In this document: piece after piece, positions 20,539-30,283 of the stretch
How positions within the stretch are numbered: position 1 is the stretch's first letter
Layout of the letters: the number at the start of each line of letters is the position of its first letter
Position numbers and translations under genes: made by a program
The notes under the pieces: model-generated
What the model was told of the DNA's origin: nothing
What the model saw: the letters and a program-made list of their open reading frames with translations, nothing else
Database searches by the model: none
From: an uncultured Gammaproteobacteria bacterium
GTDB taxonomy: Bacteria > Patescibacteriota > Patescibacteriia > UBA2591 > UBA6264
Length of the DNA: 64,000 nucleotides
Reading direction: 5' to 3'
Assembly: GCA_964596735.1 (NCBI GenBank)
Contig: CAZQVF010000006.1
Coordinates: forward strand, 24,152 to 88,151

Positions 20539-21393
20539 CTACTCTTTCTCCACTACAATCATCACTTTTTCTCCCTGCAGCATGACTTCCTCTGCCTTTT
20601 CATCCTTGGAAAGAAACTTTATCTCGTCTAAAGAAAAGGGCCAATCATGGATCGCCTTAAAAAAAATATCATCTGAATATATAAAATCTGCTCCTAGGCG
20701 TGTTCCTGGATCATTAGTAATGATCCCTTTTTTATTATACCCCTTTACAACTAACATATGATATGGTGGTCCTGGCTGGCGATAATAGGGATTTTTTAAT
20801 AACCTCCCAGCTGCTGGAACGATAACAATATTGCCCTTGCTCAATTCGTATTTAACATTATCGATACTGTCTACGTTGGTAATATATATTTTTTCTATAC
20901 CAAAATATTGATCAGCCAATCTGACCGTTTCAGAGGCATTTAAATCATAATGTCCACCCCAATTATCTTCTTGCCATTTAACTGAATCTAAAATTTGTTC
21001 ATTTGCTTGTTCTTTGGTTAATTCTTGATTATTTAACCAGGCATTAGCAATAATTAAGACGGCTTCTTCGCAAGCCTCTTTATGTAATTCGTCCCACTCA
21101 GCAAACGGGGCTTGAACAATAAAGGGAACTGACAAATCAACTGATTCTTCTAGCTCTGAAGAAAAATCTTGGACAATAGTCTCTTCTATTTCAGATTCTT
21201 CAGGGATATTTCCAATAGGAAAATTTTCTGTTGAATTTTGTTCTTGATAGTCTTGTTCTAATGGTTTTTGCTCAACATCTGGAGTAGAAGAGAAATCCTT
21301 TGGACTAAATAACCAAAAATCAAAAACAAAAACTACCGCTAAGACAACGAATCCGATAATTATTTTTTGAAAAAGACTTTTACTTTCTTCCAT
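20539..21393 (-). CDS. Membrane-anchored C39-like cysteine peptidase
   Basis: VPFIVQAP..ACEEA, HMLVVKGY and NDPG catalytic motifs. Confidence 0.8.
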   Translation of the reverse strand: MEESKSLFQKIIIGFVVLAVVFVFDFWLFSPKDFSSTPDVEQKPLEQDYQEQNSTENFPIGNIPEESEIEETIVQDFSSELEESVDLSVPFIVQAPFAEWDELHKEACEEAVLIIANAWLNNQELTKEQANEQILDSVKWQEDNWGGHYDLNASETVRLADQYFGIEKIYITNVDSIDNVKYELSKGNIVIVPAAGRLLKNPYYRQPGPPYHMLVVKGYNKKGIITNDPGTRLGADFIYSDDIFFKAIHDWPFSLDEIKFLSKDEKAEEVMLQGEKVMIVVEKE

Positions 21394-23482
21394 ATTGTGC
21401 TTTATAGTACTTTAAATACTCTCCAGACTTTATTCTTTTCCACCAATCCTGATTACTCTTGTACCAATCAATTGTTTCCTTTAATGCTTTGTTAAATTTG
21501 TGTTTCGGCTCCCAGCCAAGTTCTTTTTTAATTTTTGTCGCATCAATAGCATAACGTAGGTCATGTCCCTTGCGATCAGCCACATATTTAATTTTATCTT
21601 TACCAAAACCTAAAATCTTAAGAACTTGATAAGTAATCTCTAAATTTGTTTTCTCTTCATTTCCTCCAATACAATAAGTCTCTCCTGTTTTTCCTTTACG
21701 TAAAACGACATCTATAGCCTGACAGTGATCTTCTACATATAGCCAATCTCTAACATTAAGCCCATCTCCATAAAGGGGAACCTTTTTACCTTGTAAAAGA
21801 TTGGTGGCAAATAAAGGAATAAGTTTTTCTGGAAATTGATAAGGGCCATAATTGTTGGAACAATTAGTAATAGTGATGGGGAGTTGATAAGTATGAAAAT
21901 AAGCCCGTACCAGATGATCAGAGGCTGCCTTAGAAGCAGAATAAGGACTACGAGGGTCATAAGGTGTTTTTTCATTAAAAAAGCCTGTTGGGCCAAGGCT
22001 GCCGAAAACCTCATCTGTATTCCCACAAAAATCTAACCTTCCATTTCTTTCGATAATAAAATTTTTATTGTCCTCGACGTTTAAACACCAAATTTTTCCT
22101 TTATATTTTTTTTTGCTAACATTATCCCTTATTAACATTTTTCTGCGACCCGAAAAACAAACATAATAACCATGCCCGCTTATCTTTCTATTTTTATAAA
22201 AACTTTTAGAAAATCTTCTTCCGACTAATGGTTTTTTATTTAATTTAAAAGCCAGCTCACAAATATCAGAAACAAGTTTTTCCGAGACAGTATAATAAAT
22301 TAGGCTCCCCTTTTTTTTACTTCCATCACTATCTATTAATCCGTCTAATAGATATTTTAAATATCTAGGAGAATAAGTCAGCATCCACCTGGGTATACAT
22401 TTATTCTTAGCCCCTTTTCCGAATTGTTCGAAAAAATCCATCCACTCCTTAGAAGAAAAATATAAATGCTCTCCTGCCCTTCCTTGATGGGTATGAAAAG
22501 GTATGCCTAAAATCTTTAACGCCCCCTCCACTTTCTTTCTAGCTTTATCGCTTCTAGGAACATCAAAAAATATTCTGTAACTATTTTGTTCGATAAGGTG
22601 TTTGTTTTTTGTCCTTATGCTATAGAATCTGCCCTTATTATCCCTGCCCCTTCTCATATACTCCGTTTTATTTAACCCTGTTTTTGATTCTTGAATTTTT
22701 ATTTGATGGCTAATAAATCCATCACCTATAAAAAACCCACACAAATAAAACAAATCTTTTGTGATCAATTTTCCAATATTTTTAATCCTGGTAAATTCTT
22801 TGTCTTCACCTGCCCATTTAGCTTCTGGCATAAAATTTCTACTTCGCGATAATAATTCTCTCGCTTCTTCCAATTTGATATTACCGCATTTTGTTTCTAA
22901 ATACATTCGATGATTTGGGGTTGTTTTAATATCTATCCTTTTGCTCTTAAAATAAATCATCTCTCCTTGATAATCTTGAATAATAACTTTATTCACTTTT
23001 TTTTCTTCTAAGAATTTTGACTTGGAATTAATACTAAAAACCACATCTCCTTTTTTTATTTCATTATATTTTTTAAATCCATCTTTAGTTAAAGCTCTTG
23101 TCTCTTCGTCATAACAAGAAACATGATGAAATCTTTTGTTTCCATGTTTAGTGGCTGCATTTAATAAGGTAGTTGTTCCCAAAATATTGGTGTTGATAAA
23201 AGGCCCTGGATCTAAAATAGAACGATCAACATGACTCTCTGCTGCTAAATGAATAATCGCATCGCATTGTTTAACCAAACTATCAACTAATTCAACATCG
23301 CAAATGTTTCCCTTGATAAATTTGTACTTAGGATTATTTTCAACTTCTTTTAAGTTTTCTAAATTGCCACAATAGGTTAACAAATCAAGGTTAACTATTT
23401 CATCTTCTGGATAATTTTTTAAAATATAGTGGATAAAATTTGATCCAATAAATCCAGCTCCACCAGTGATTAAAAGTTTCAT
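21380..23482 (-). CDS. rfbB: dTDP-glucose 4,6-dehydratase interrupted by an intein
   Basis: GGAGFIG, AAESHVDRS, HHVS|...|TDEVFG and YSASKA; removing the 366-aa insert gives a 334-aa RfbB. Confidence 0.95.
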   Translation of the reverse strand: MKLLITGGAGFIGSNFIHYILKNYPEDEIVNLDLLTYCGNLENLKEVENNPKYKFIKGNICDVELVDSLVKQCDAIIHLAAESHVDRSILDPGPFINTNILGTTTLLNAATKHGNKRFHHVSCYDEETRALTKDGFKKYNEIKKGDVVFSINSKSKFLEEKKVNKVIIQDYQGEMIYFKSKRIDIKTTPNHRMYLETKCGNIKLEEARELLSRSRNFMPEAKWAGEDKEFTRIKNIGKLITKDLFYLCGFFIGDGFISHQIKIQESKTGLNKTEYMRRGRDNKGRFYSIRTKNKHLIEQNSYRIFFDVPRSDKARKKVEGALKILGIPFHTHQGRAGEHLYFSSKEWMDFFEQFGKGAKNKCIPRWMLTYSPRYLKYLLDGLIDSDGSKKKGSLIYYTVSEKLVSDICELAFKLNKKPLVGRRFSKSFYKNRKISGHGYYVCFSGRRKMLIRDNVSKKKYKGKIWCLNVEDNKNFIIERNGRLDFCGNTDEVFGSLGPTGFFNEKTPYDPRSPYSASKAASDHLVRAYFHTYQLPITITNCSNNYGPYQFPEKLIPLFATNLLQGKKVPLYGDGLNVRDWLYVEDHCQAIDVVLRKGKTGETYCIGGNEEKTNLEITYQVLKILGFGKDKIKYVADRKGHDLRYAIDATKIKKELGWEPKHKFNKALKETIDWYKSNQDWWKRIKSGEYLKYYKAQYGRK
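22019..23116 (-). mobile_element. Intein with LAGLIDADG homing endonuclease (366 aa)
   Basis: Starts CYDEET; block B TTPNH; LAGLIDADG blocks LCGFFIGDG and LLDGLIDSDG; ends IWCLNVEDNKNF..FCGN before +1 Thr. Confidence 0.93.
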
Positions 23483-23499
23483 AACGCTTAATATTATAT

Positions 23500-23973
23500 T
23501 TATTTAAAAATCCAAAACTTTTGAATAACAAAACGAAAAAACAAAACAATAAAAGCCGCAAAAGCCTTGGCTAAAATATCATAAACAGAAAAATATTCCA
23601 CAAACGCAAATAACAAATACTGGTAAAAAACCATTCCCCCTGCTGCCCCAACAACCCAAAATTTAATATATTGAGAGGCAATATTATCCCCCTTGTCTTT
23701 AAAGACCCATGTTTTATTTAAAATAAAACTGGCAAGTGCTCCAACAGACATAGCAATAAAATTAGTCCAGAGATAATGTGTCTGCCAAAATAAAAAAACT
23801 CGAGTTAAAAAAATGTAAATAGCGAAATCAACTAAAGTTAATGATCCTCCCGAAATAATAAATTTGGTTAATTGTCTTAAATAAAGATGTTTGCCAACAA
23901 TCGGTAATTTAAACAAAAGCCTGTCTGTCCAGGAAAATAATTTTTTTATATTTAAAAAAAATCTTTTTGTCAT
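23500..23973 (-). CDS. GtrA family flippase-like membrane protein
   Basis: KFIISGG..VDF, SFILNKTWVF and QKFWIF; 4 TM segments. Confidence 0.85.
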   Translation of the reverse strand: MTKRFFLNIKKLFSWTDRLLFKLPIVGKHLYLRQLTKFIISGGSLTLVDFAIYIFLTRVFLFWQTHYLWTNFIAMSVGALASFILNKTWVFKDKGDNIASQYIKFWVVGAAGGMVFYQYLLFAFVEYFSVYDILAKAFAAFIVLFFRFVIQKFWIFK

Positions 23974-25013
23974 TTAAGATAAAAACTTTTGTTTCTATTA
24001 TGTTCTTCTACTGTTTGGCTGAAAATCATTTCTCCTTGATCTGTTGATAAAAAACAACAATAATCATTTTCTAGGGGGCTAAGGGTGGCTTTAATAGAAG
24101 AAAGACTTGGATTGTTAATCGGTGCCGGGGGCAAACCTGCATTAAGGTAGGTATTATATGGGGAGGGAATCCTTGTGTCTTCAAAACTTAACCTTGCTTT
24201 AGGATCACCAAGAATATAATTAATAGTTGCGCAAGATTCTAATGCCCAACCAACTTCCAATCTTTTCCAAAAAATATCAGCGATTAAACGCCGATCTTGA
24301 TCTAAAGCTGCTTCTTTTTCAATTAAAGAGGCCATGGTGACAACCTCAAAAATGCTCCTTCCAGCTTGTTCTGCTTTTAGTCTTAGTCCGACACCTATTT
24401 TTTCATCAAAGTTCTCCAACATCCTTTTGATAATTGCTTCAGCTGTAGTTTCTTTATAAAACCGATAAGTATCTGGAAAAAGAAAACCTTGCAACATGGC
24501 CTCTTTAGAAGATCTTTCTACTGCTTCAGATAAAAATTCGTATTTATCTAAAATCTCTTGATTTTGGCTAATAGTATTTAATGCGAGTAAAAATTCTTCT
24601 TTAGAAATAATCTCCTGTTCTTTTAAAAATTCTTCTATTTCTTTATTAGTCCAGCCTTCAATAAATGTTATTTCCCTTTCTTGGGCCAATGGTGAGCTAA
24701 TTAAAGCCCTAATCAAGTCTTTTAATCCCATTCCCATTTCTACTTTATATTCGCCTGGCCAAAATTTATTCTTAGCCCTGCTTAAAAAAGAATAAAGCTC
24801 AAAAGTTTTGACATTATTTATCAATCCCTGGTCTTTTAATTTTTGACCAATCTCTTTCAATCCCTCTCCTTTTTCTACTAAAATAGTCGTCACCTCTATG
24901 TCTTGTCTATCAATAACAGAAACATTTGGAGAGGAGTTTTGAAATGAAAAATATAAAACAATAACAATAACTGCGAAAATTAAATAACCCAAAATTATTC
25001 CTTTTTGGGACAT
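23970..25013 (-). CDS. mltG: Endolytic transglycosylase MltG
   Basis: EGWT, GFLFPDTY, ASLIEKE and SPYNTYLNAGLPPAPINNP motifs. Confidence 0.93.
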   Translation of the reverse strand: MSQKGIILGYLIFAVIVIVLYFSFQNSSPNVSVIDRQDIEVTTILVEKGEGLKEIGQKLKDQGLINNVKTFELYSFLSRAKNKFWPGEYKVEMGMGLKDLIRALISSPLAQEREITFIEGWTNKEIEEFLKEQEIISKEEFLLALNTISQNQEILDKYEFLSEAVERSSKEAMLQGFLFPDTYRFYKETTAEAIIKRMLENFDEKIGVGLRLKAEQAGRSIFEVVTMASLIEKEAALDQDRRLIADIFWKRLEVGWALESCATINYILGDPKARLSFEDTRIPSPYNTYLNAGLPPAPINNPSLSSIKATLSPLENDYCCFLSTDQGEMIFSQTVEEHNRNKSFYLK

Positions 25014-25138
25014 ACTTTTTTATATAACTCTTTAATTTGTTTTTTCTTTTCTTCAAAATCTGAAACTTCTCGTTGCAAGCGAGCTTTTTCTAAGCGAATA
25101 TATTTTCTCACACTTTTGGATAAACGTTTTTTAGACAT
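24995..25138 (-). CDS. Small basic protein, 47 aa (MSKKRLSKSVRKYIRLEKARLQREV...), not in ORF track
   Basis: ATG-to-TAA ORF overlapping the mltG start by 19 nt, same strand. Confidence 0.55.
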   Translation of the reverse strand: MSKKRLSKSVRKYIRLEKARLQREVSDFEEKKKQIKELYKKVCPKKE

Positions 25139-25253
25139 TTGATAATCGAATTATGTTTTTTATATTTATTTCCTTCAAATCATAACAAAAATTAAAAACA
25201 AAAACAAGAGACTAAGATTTGTCATTTTAATTAAAACAGGTTATACTATAATC

Positions 25254-26201
25254 ATGAATTCCAAAACCGACACAATCTATGACTTAATCATTATCGGAAC
25301 CGGACCAGCTGGTTTAGCTGCCTCTATTTATGCCTCTCGTTATGGTTTAAAACACTTGATTCTTGGCATTTTCAAAGGAGGAACGGCTACAGAGGCTTTT
25401 ATAGTTGAAAATTATCCAGGATTTAAATCAATCTCTGGCAATGAATTAATGCAAAAATTTATAGAACATGTTAAACAGTATAATCCTGAAATAATCCCCA
25501 CTGAAGTAAAGAGTATGAAAAGACAAGGGAATTATTTTGAAATAAAAACCGAGTTGAGTAAAATTTTCAAAGCTAAAACGCTTATCTTGGCCCTGGGCGT
25601 TCACCATCGGACCCTCTCAATTATCGGAGAAAAAAAATTCCTTGGCAAAGGAGTCAGTTATTGTCATACCTGCGATGGGCCTCTTTTTAAAGATAAAATT
25701 GTAGGCGTCGTTGGGGGCGGAGATGGAGCCTTAACAGCTGCTCTCTTTCTTTCTAAGCACGCTAAAAAGGTCTATTTGATTCATCGACGAAAAGAATTTC
25801 GTGGACAAATTGCTTGGCAACATAGTGTTGCCAAAAACAAAAAAATTATTAAAATATTACAAAGACAGGTAAAAGAAGTACGTGGCGATAAATTTGTAAA
25901 AGAGCTTGTTTTAGATCTTCCCCATAAAACAAAAAAAAGTCTTAAGGTTGATGGACTTTTTATTGAGATAGGCACTTTGCCATCAGGAGGAAAAATAATT
26001 TTTGAACCTCCTTTAAACTTAAAAAGGGATAAATTAAACTATATTGTTACTGACCGCTCAATGCAGACAAATATTCCAGGGATATTTGCTGCCGGTGATA
26101 TCACTAGTCCGCCGGAAAAATTAAGACAAATCCTAACTGCTTCTGCTGAAGGATCTATTGCCACGGCCAGTGCTCAACGTTTCTTAGCAAAACAAGGATA
26201 A
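25254..26201 (+). CDS. trxB: Thioredoxin reductase
   Basis: GTGPAG, GVSYCHTCDG, GGGDGA and FAAGD motifs. Confidence 0.9.
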   Translation: MNSKTDTIYDLIIIGTGPAGLAASIYASRYGLKHLILGIFKGGTATEAFIVENYPGFKSISGNELMQKFIEHVKQYNPEIIPTEVKSMKRQGNYFEIKTELSKIFKAKTLILALGVHHRTLSIIGEKKFLGKGVSYCHTCDGPLFKDKIVGVVGGGDGALTAALFLSKHAKKVYLIHRRKEFRGQIAWQHSVAKNKKIIKILQRQVKEVRGDKFVKELVLDLPHKTKKSLKVDGLFIEIGTLPSGGKIIFEPPLNLKRDKLNYIVTDRSMQTNIPGIFAAGDITSPPEKLRQILTASAEGSIATASAQRFLAKQG

Positions 26202-26236
26202 TCTAAAATAATCGTTATATATCTATTAAGAATGTT

Positions 26237-26899
26237 CTACCCCTGCTTTTTATACAGGTTGACATGAAATAAATCAAAAGGATAGCAAAGGGGTATTTTT
26301 TTTAATAACACCCTGTCAAAGCCCATTTGTCGAATAATCTTGTCTAATTGCCTTGCGTTATAATAATGTTTCCCTGCTCCGGGCCCACTCGCCTGAGAAT
26401 AAGTACCCTTTATAATAAATCTTAATGATTTATATAACGTAGATTCAACCGGTGAGCTCACTATTAAATGGCCATCGTCTTTTAAAATTCGCTTGATTTC
26501 TATGATCGCTACTTTAATATCTTTCATGTGTTCAAGAATATCTAGACAAACTACTACATCAAACATATAATTCTGAAAGCCCGTTTTTAGAATGTTTCGA
26601 ACCCTAAAATCGCAATTCCTAATTTGCGTTTCTAATTGAATAACTCTTGGATTTAAATCAATTCCCCACATTGCACGGGCTTTGATGCCACACTTATTTA
26701 TTAATTGAATGAAATACCCATCTCCACAGCCTATGTCTATTAAAACATCTGTTTTGATTGTTTTTAAAAATTTCAGTGCTATATACAGTCGCTTTTTGAA
26801 CAACCATTTAACAGCTGGATTTTTTGAATAATACTCTGGAACAATCTTTTTCAAAGGGATATCAAATTTTTGGTTTTCATCTAATTGAATATTATTCAT
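26237..26899 (-). CDS. Class I SAM-dependent methyltransferase
   Basis: LIDIGCGDG, FDVVVCLDILEH and RILKDDG motifs. Confidence 0.85.
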   Translation of the reverse strand: MNNIQLDENQKFDIPLKKIVPEYYSKNPAVKWLFKKRLYIALKFLKTIKTDVLIDIGCGDGYFIQLINKCGIKARAMWGIDLNPRVIQLETQIRNCDFRVRNILKTGFQNYMFDVVVCLDILEHMKDIKVAIIEIKRILKDDGHLIVSSPVESTLYKSLRFIIKGTYSQASGPGAGKHYYNARQLDKIIRQMGFDRVLLKKIPLCYPFDLFHVNLYKKQG

Positions 26900-26938
26900 A
26901 TTCTCTTTTTAACGAAATTAAAATCTTTGTCAATGTCT

Positions 26939-27409
26939 TTATGTCAATTGATCCTTTTTCTCTTTCTTAGCAAAACAAGGATAATCTAAAATAATCATTT
27001 GCCAAATCAAAATAATTATACCAACAAGAATCATTAAGTCAGCCACATTAAAAACAGCAACAAACGGCAAGTCAAAATAATCTATTACTAATCCATGTTT
27101 CCAACGATCTAAAAGATTACTAAAAGCTCCTACTAAAATTAATAGTAAACACGAAATATTAACTAGATTTCTTTGTTGATAACTCTTAATTAATTTTAAA
27201 ACTACCCAGAAAAGAATAATAATTAATAAAAAATAAAAAAATATTCCCTTTAAAGGAATACCCAAGGCAATATTCGGGTTAGTCGAAAGAGAAAAATTAA
27301 AAAAATAAATTTCCTTTGTTGCTCCCTCAAGAGCAAATTTTTTTAAAGATCTGTCTAAAATAAAAAGAAATAATATTAAGAGATTAACCCAGAATAATCG
27401 TCTATTCAT
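26939..27409 (-). CDS. lspA: Lipoprotein signal peptidase II
   Basis: GAFSNLLDR, VIDY and FNVAD motifs. Confidence 0.9.
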   Translation of the reverse strand: MNRRLFWVNLLILFLFILDRSLKKFALEGATKEIYFFNFSLSTNPNIALGIPLKGIFFYFLLIIILFWVVLKLIKSYQQRNLVNISCLLLILVGAFSNLLDRWKHGLVIDYFDLPFVAVFNVADLMILVGIIILIWQMIILDYPCFAKKEKKDQLT

Positions 27410-27418
27410 TGTTATTTT

Positions 27419-27784
27419 TTAATTTTTACCTGTTTTGCAAGATAAACAATATCGCGCTGTTGGCAAAATCTTTAATCTTTTTTTTCCTATCTTCTTGCCG
27501 CACGTTTCGCATAAACCATATTGATTACGAGTAATTTTTCGTAAAGCTAAATTAACCCCTTCTAATGATTCTTTTAGATTTTCTCCCATAGAAAGAGTAT
27601 CAACAAACGCTGCCACTTCATCGGCATTTTCATCTTCAGCTCGACCATACTCTGGAAATTTCGGCTCATACCTGTTTCCACTTCGACCACTCTTTTTAGC
27701 TATCTGTTCAAGCTCTTTTTTAATTTTCTGCCGTTGAACTTGTAATTCTTCTTTTATAGAAGATAAGCTACTTAACATAAACAT
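27419..27784 (-). CDS. DksA/TraR C4-type zinc finger protein
   Basis: Coiled coil plus YGLCETCG..RL..LPTARYCLSC. Confidence 0.88.
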   Translation of the reverse strand: MFMLSSLSSIKEELQVQRQKIKKELEQIAKKSGRSGNRYEPKFPEYGRAEDENADEVAAFVDTLSMGENLKESLEGVNLALRKITRNQYGLCETCGKKIGKKRLKILPTARYCLSCKTGKN

Positions 27785-27901
27785 TTATTTTTAGTTTTTA
27801 AGAGAAAAAAGGGGGTTGCCCTTGTTTTCTTGTAGTCTCAGTCTATAAGTATATAATTAAAAAATCGACTAGCAAGGGGGCTTATCCACAGGTAAATCCA
27901 A

Positions 27902-29137
27902 TTATAAGCCTAATGTTAACCTTCCTTTTATCCCTTGTTCTGTTTGAATAATTAATAAATTTTTTAAAGGTAATTCACTGCCTTGAAAAAATATACCTTT
28001 TTCAATTTCTTGGATTTGAAATCCAGAGAAAAGCTTATTGGGAGCGTTAACAATTTCTTCAAATAAAGAAATTTTATTAGCAATAAAATTCTGTTCCTTG
28101 TCTTGCCAGACAATAAAACCCGCTTGTTCTTGATTTTCAAAAAAATCCATTGGCCAGTAATGTACTAATGTCTGATTGAATTCTTCTGTTTTAAAATTAA
28201 ACTTATTTGAATCAACAATTAATTCTGTAAATTTCGTTTGATCAGGCAATAACACTTGTTTTTTAATTGGTTTTTGAATAGCCAAGGCTTGTTTAATTTT
28301 CTGTAATAAAAAATCAGTTGAGTTGATTTGAGGTAAAACAAAAACAAAACCTTGATTAGAATTATTATCCGAGATAAAATCGTCAAAAGAAAATAAATTT
28401 TCCTTGTAATCTTGATTGGACAAATTTATAGAAAAAAATAAATTTTCAGCATTTAAAATAGAATAAAGACTGATTCCTGCTAAATCGTTCCCTGTCTGGC
28501 TGATTTCATTTTCTTTTTTTATTTCTTCTTGTAAATCTTTAAAGCTAATATAACCACTTGCCCAAACTGAAAACCCTGGTCCTGAAAATAAAGAATCTTT
28601 TTTATTAAGAAGGCTTTGAGACAGAAAAAAATCTGAAGATTGAAAATCGTTTAAAAAAGACTGAGGAGAAACTACCCAAACATGTGTTGTTAATTCTTGC
28701 ACATGAAAACCCTTTAATGATTTAATTAACAAAGAGGGATTGGACCATCTTTTCAACTTTAACAAAAGAACTATTTCCATTTTTGATAAAAGCCCTTTAT
28801 TGTTTTCGTGGGTTCGTTCCTGGGGAAATAAAACTAAGGCAATTTCATCTATAAATCCTATATTTTCTCCTTTAAATGTATTCTTAATTAAGGCCAATCT
28901 GGGATCATTTTCCGGAAGACCAGCTAAAATTTGTTGTATTTTTAAATCATTAAGCCACTGATTGCCCAAACAACCAGTTCGTCTAGCTTGATTCAAATCT
29001 AAATGTAAATAAAGAAAACTATTTTTAGGAACGAATTCGATTAAATTATCTGGCTGCCAAAAAAAATAAATAGACAAAGCAAAGATAACTAAAATAATAC
29101 CTAAAAACAATATTGCGTTTCGTGACCTAAGTCTCAT
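27902..29137 (-). CDS. Hypothetical membrane-anchored protein
   Basis: Long ORF with N-terminal TM; start moved to ATG 29137 to avoid rpsA overlap. Confidence 0.6.
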   Translation of the reverse strand: MRLRSRNAILFLGIILVIFALSIYFFWQPDNLIEFVPKNSFLYLHLDLNQARRTGCLGNQWLNDLKIQQILAGLPENDPRLALIKNTFKGENIGFIDEIALVLFPQERTHENNKGLLSKMEIVLLLKLKRWSNPSLLIKSLKGFHVQELTTHVWVVSPQSFLNDFQSSDFFLSQSLLNKKDSLFSGPGFSVWASGYISFKDLQEEIKKENEISQTGNDLAGISLYSILNAENLFFSINLSNQDYKENLFSFDDFISDNNSNQGFVFVLPQINSTDFLLQKIKQALAIQKPIKKQVLLPDQTKFTELIVDSNKFNFKTEEFNQTLVHYWPMDFFENQEQAGFIVWQDKEQNFIANKISLFEEIVNAPNKLFSGFQIQEIEKGIFFQGSELPLKNLLIIQTEQGIKGRLTLGL

Positions 29138-29200
29138 AAAAGCATAATAAAATAAAGCGAAGGGCTTGTCAATCTTTCTAAAACCCTTATAATAAGATGT

Positions 29201-30280
29201 ATGCAAGATACAACAAGTAAAAAAGACTATAGTCAGTTAATAAAATCCCTACCTAAACTTGGTGACCTTATTGAGGGGACAGTTATTGAAATTGGTCGTA
29301 ATGAAATCTATCTAGATATTAACGGTCTAACCACTGGGGTTGTCAGAGGACCTGAACTTTTTGACGAATCTGGAGAATTTTCTAACCTAAAAAAGAAAGA
29401 TAAAATTTCCGCTACAGTCGTTGAATTAGAAAATGAAAAAGGATTGGTTGAATTATCTTTTCGTCATGCTAGTCACAAAAAGGCTTGGAACAGGCTTGAA
29501 GATATCGCTAAAGGCGAAAATTCTTTATTAATTAAAGTTATCGAAGCAAACAAGGGAGGTTTAATTGTCCGAAGTGGTAAAATCCAAGGATTTTTACCTG
29601 TTTCACAGTTAAAACCCGAACATTATCCTCGAGTCGACGACGGTGATAAAAATAAAATTTTAGAAAAATTAAAAAGCTTTATTAACAAGGAAATGCTTGT
29701 CAAAATTATTACCATTGACGAAAAAAATGGAAAGCTAATTGTTTCTGAAAAAGAAGTCGGACCAAGTAAGAAAAAACTTATACATAAAAATTACAAAATT
29801 GGTGATGTTATTAAAGGAAAAATTAGTGGATTAGTTGACTTTGGCATTTTTGTAACTTTTGACAAAAATCAAGAAGGCCTGGTTCATATTTCTGAATTAG
29901 CCTGGCAAAGAATTGACCATCCTCAAGATATAGTTAAAGTCGGAGAAACAGTAAAAGCAGAAATTATTGGTATTACCGATGATGGTAAAATTTCCCTTTC
30001 CATTAGAAGATTGTTAAAAGACCCCTGGAGTGTGGTCAAGAAAAAATATAAAATTGACCAAAAAGTTAAAGGGAAGGTTTTAAAGATTAACCCCTTTGGT
30101 CTTTTTGTTGAACTAGACAAAGACATTCACGGATTAGCCCATATCTCAGAATTATCAAAAGCTCCAATTAGAGATATTTCTAAGGTCGCCAAAGAAGGTG
30201 ATATATTGGATTTTAAAGTTGTTTCAATTGAGCCAGAAGACCATCGTCTTGGACTATCATTGATTGAAAGTAAAAAATAG
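29201..30280 (+). CDS. rpsA: 30S ribosomal protein S1 (short form)
   Basis: About 4 S1 domains (GFLPVSQL, GLVHISEL, GLAHISEL). Confidence 0.88.
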   Translation: MQDTTSKKDYSQLIKSLPKLGDLIEGTVIEIGRNEIYLDINGLTTGVVRGPELFDESGEFSNLKKKDKISATVVELENEKGLVELSFRHASHKKAWNRLEDIAKGENSLLIKVIEANKGGLIVRSGKIQGFLPVSQLKPEHYPRVDDGDKNKILEKLKSFINKEMLVKIITIDEKNGKLIVSEKEVGPSKKKLIHKNYKIGDVIKGKISGLVDFGIFVTFDKNQEGLVHISELAWQRIDHPQDIVKVGETVKAEIIGITDDGKISLSIRRLLKDPWSVVKKKYKIDQKVKGKVLKINPFGLFVELDKDIHGLAHISELSKAPIRDISKVAKEGDILDFKVVSIEPEDHRLGLSLIESKK

Positions 30281-30283
30281 ATT

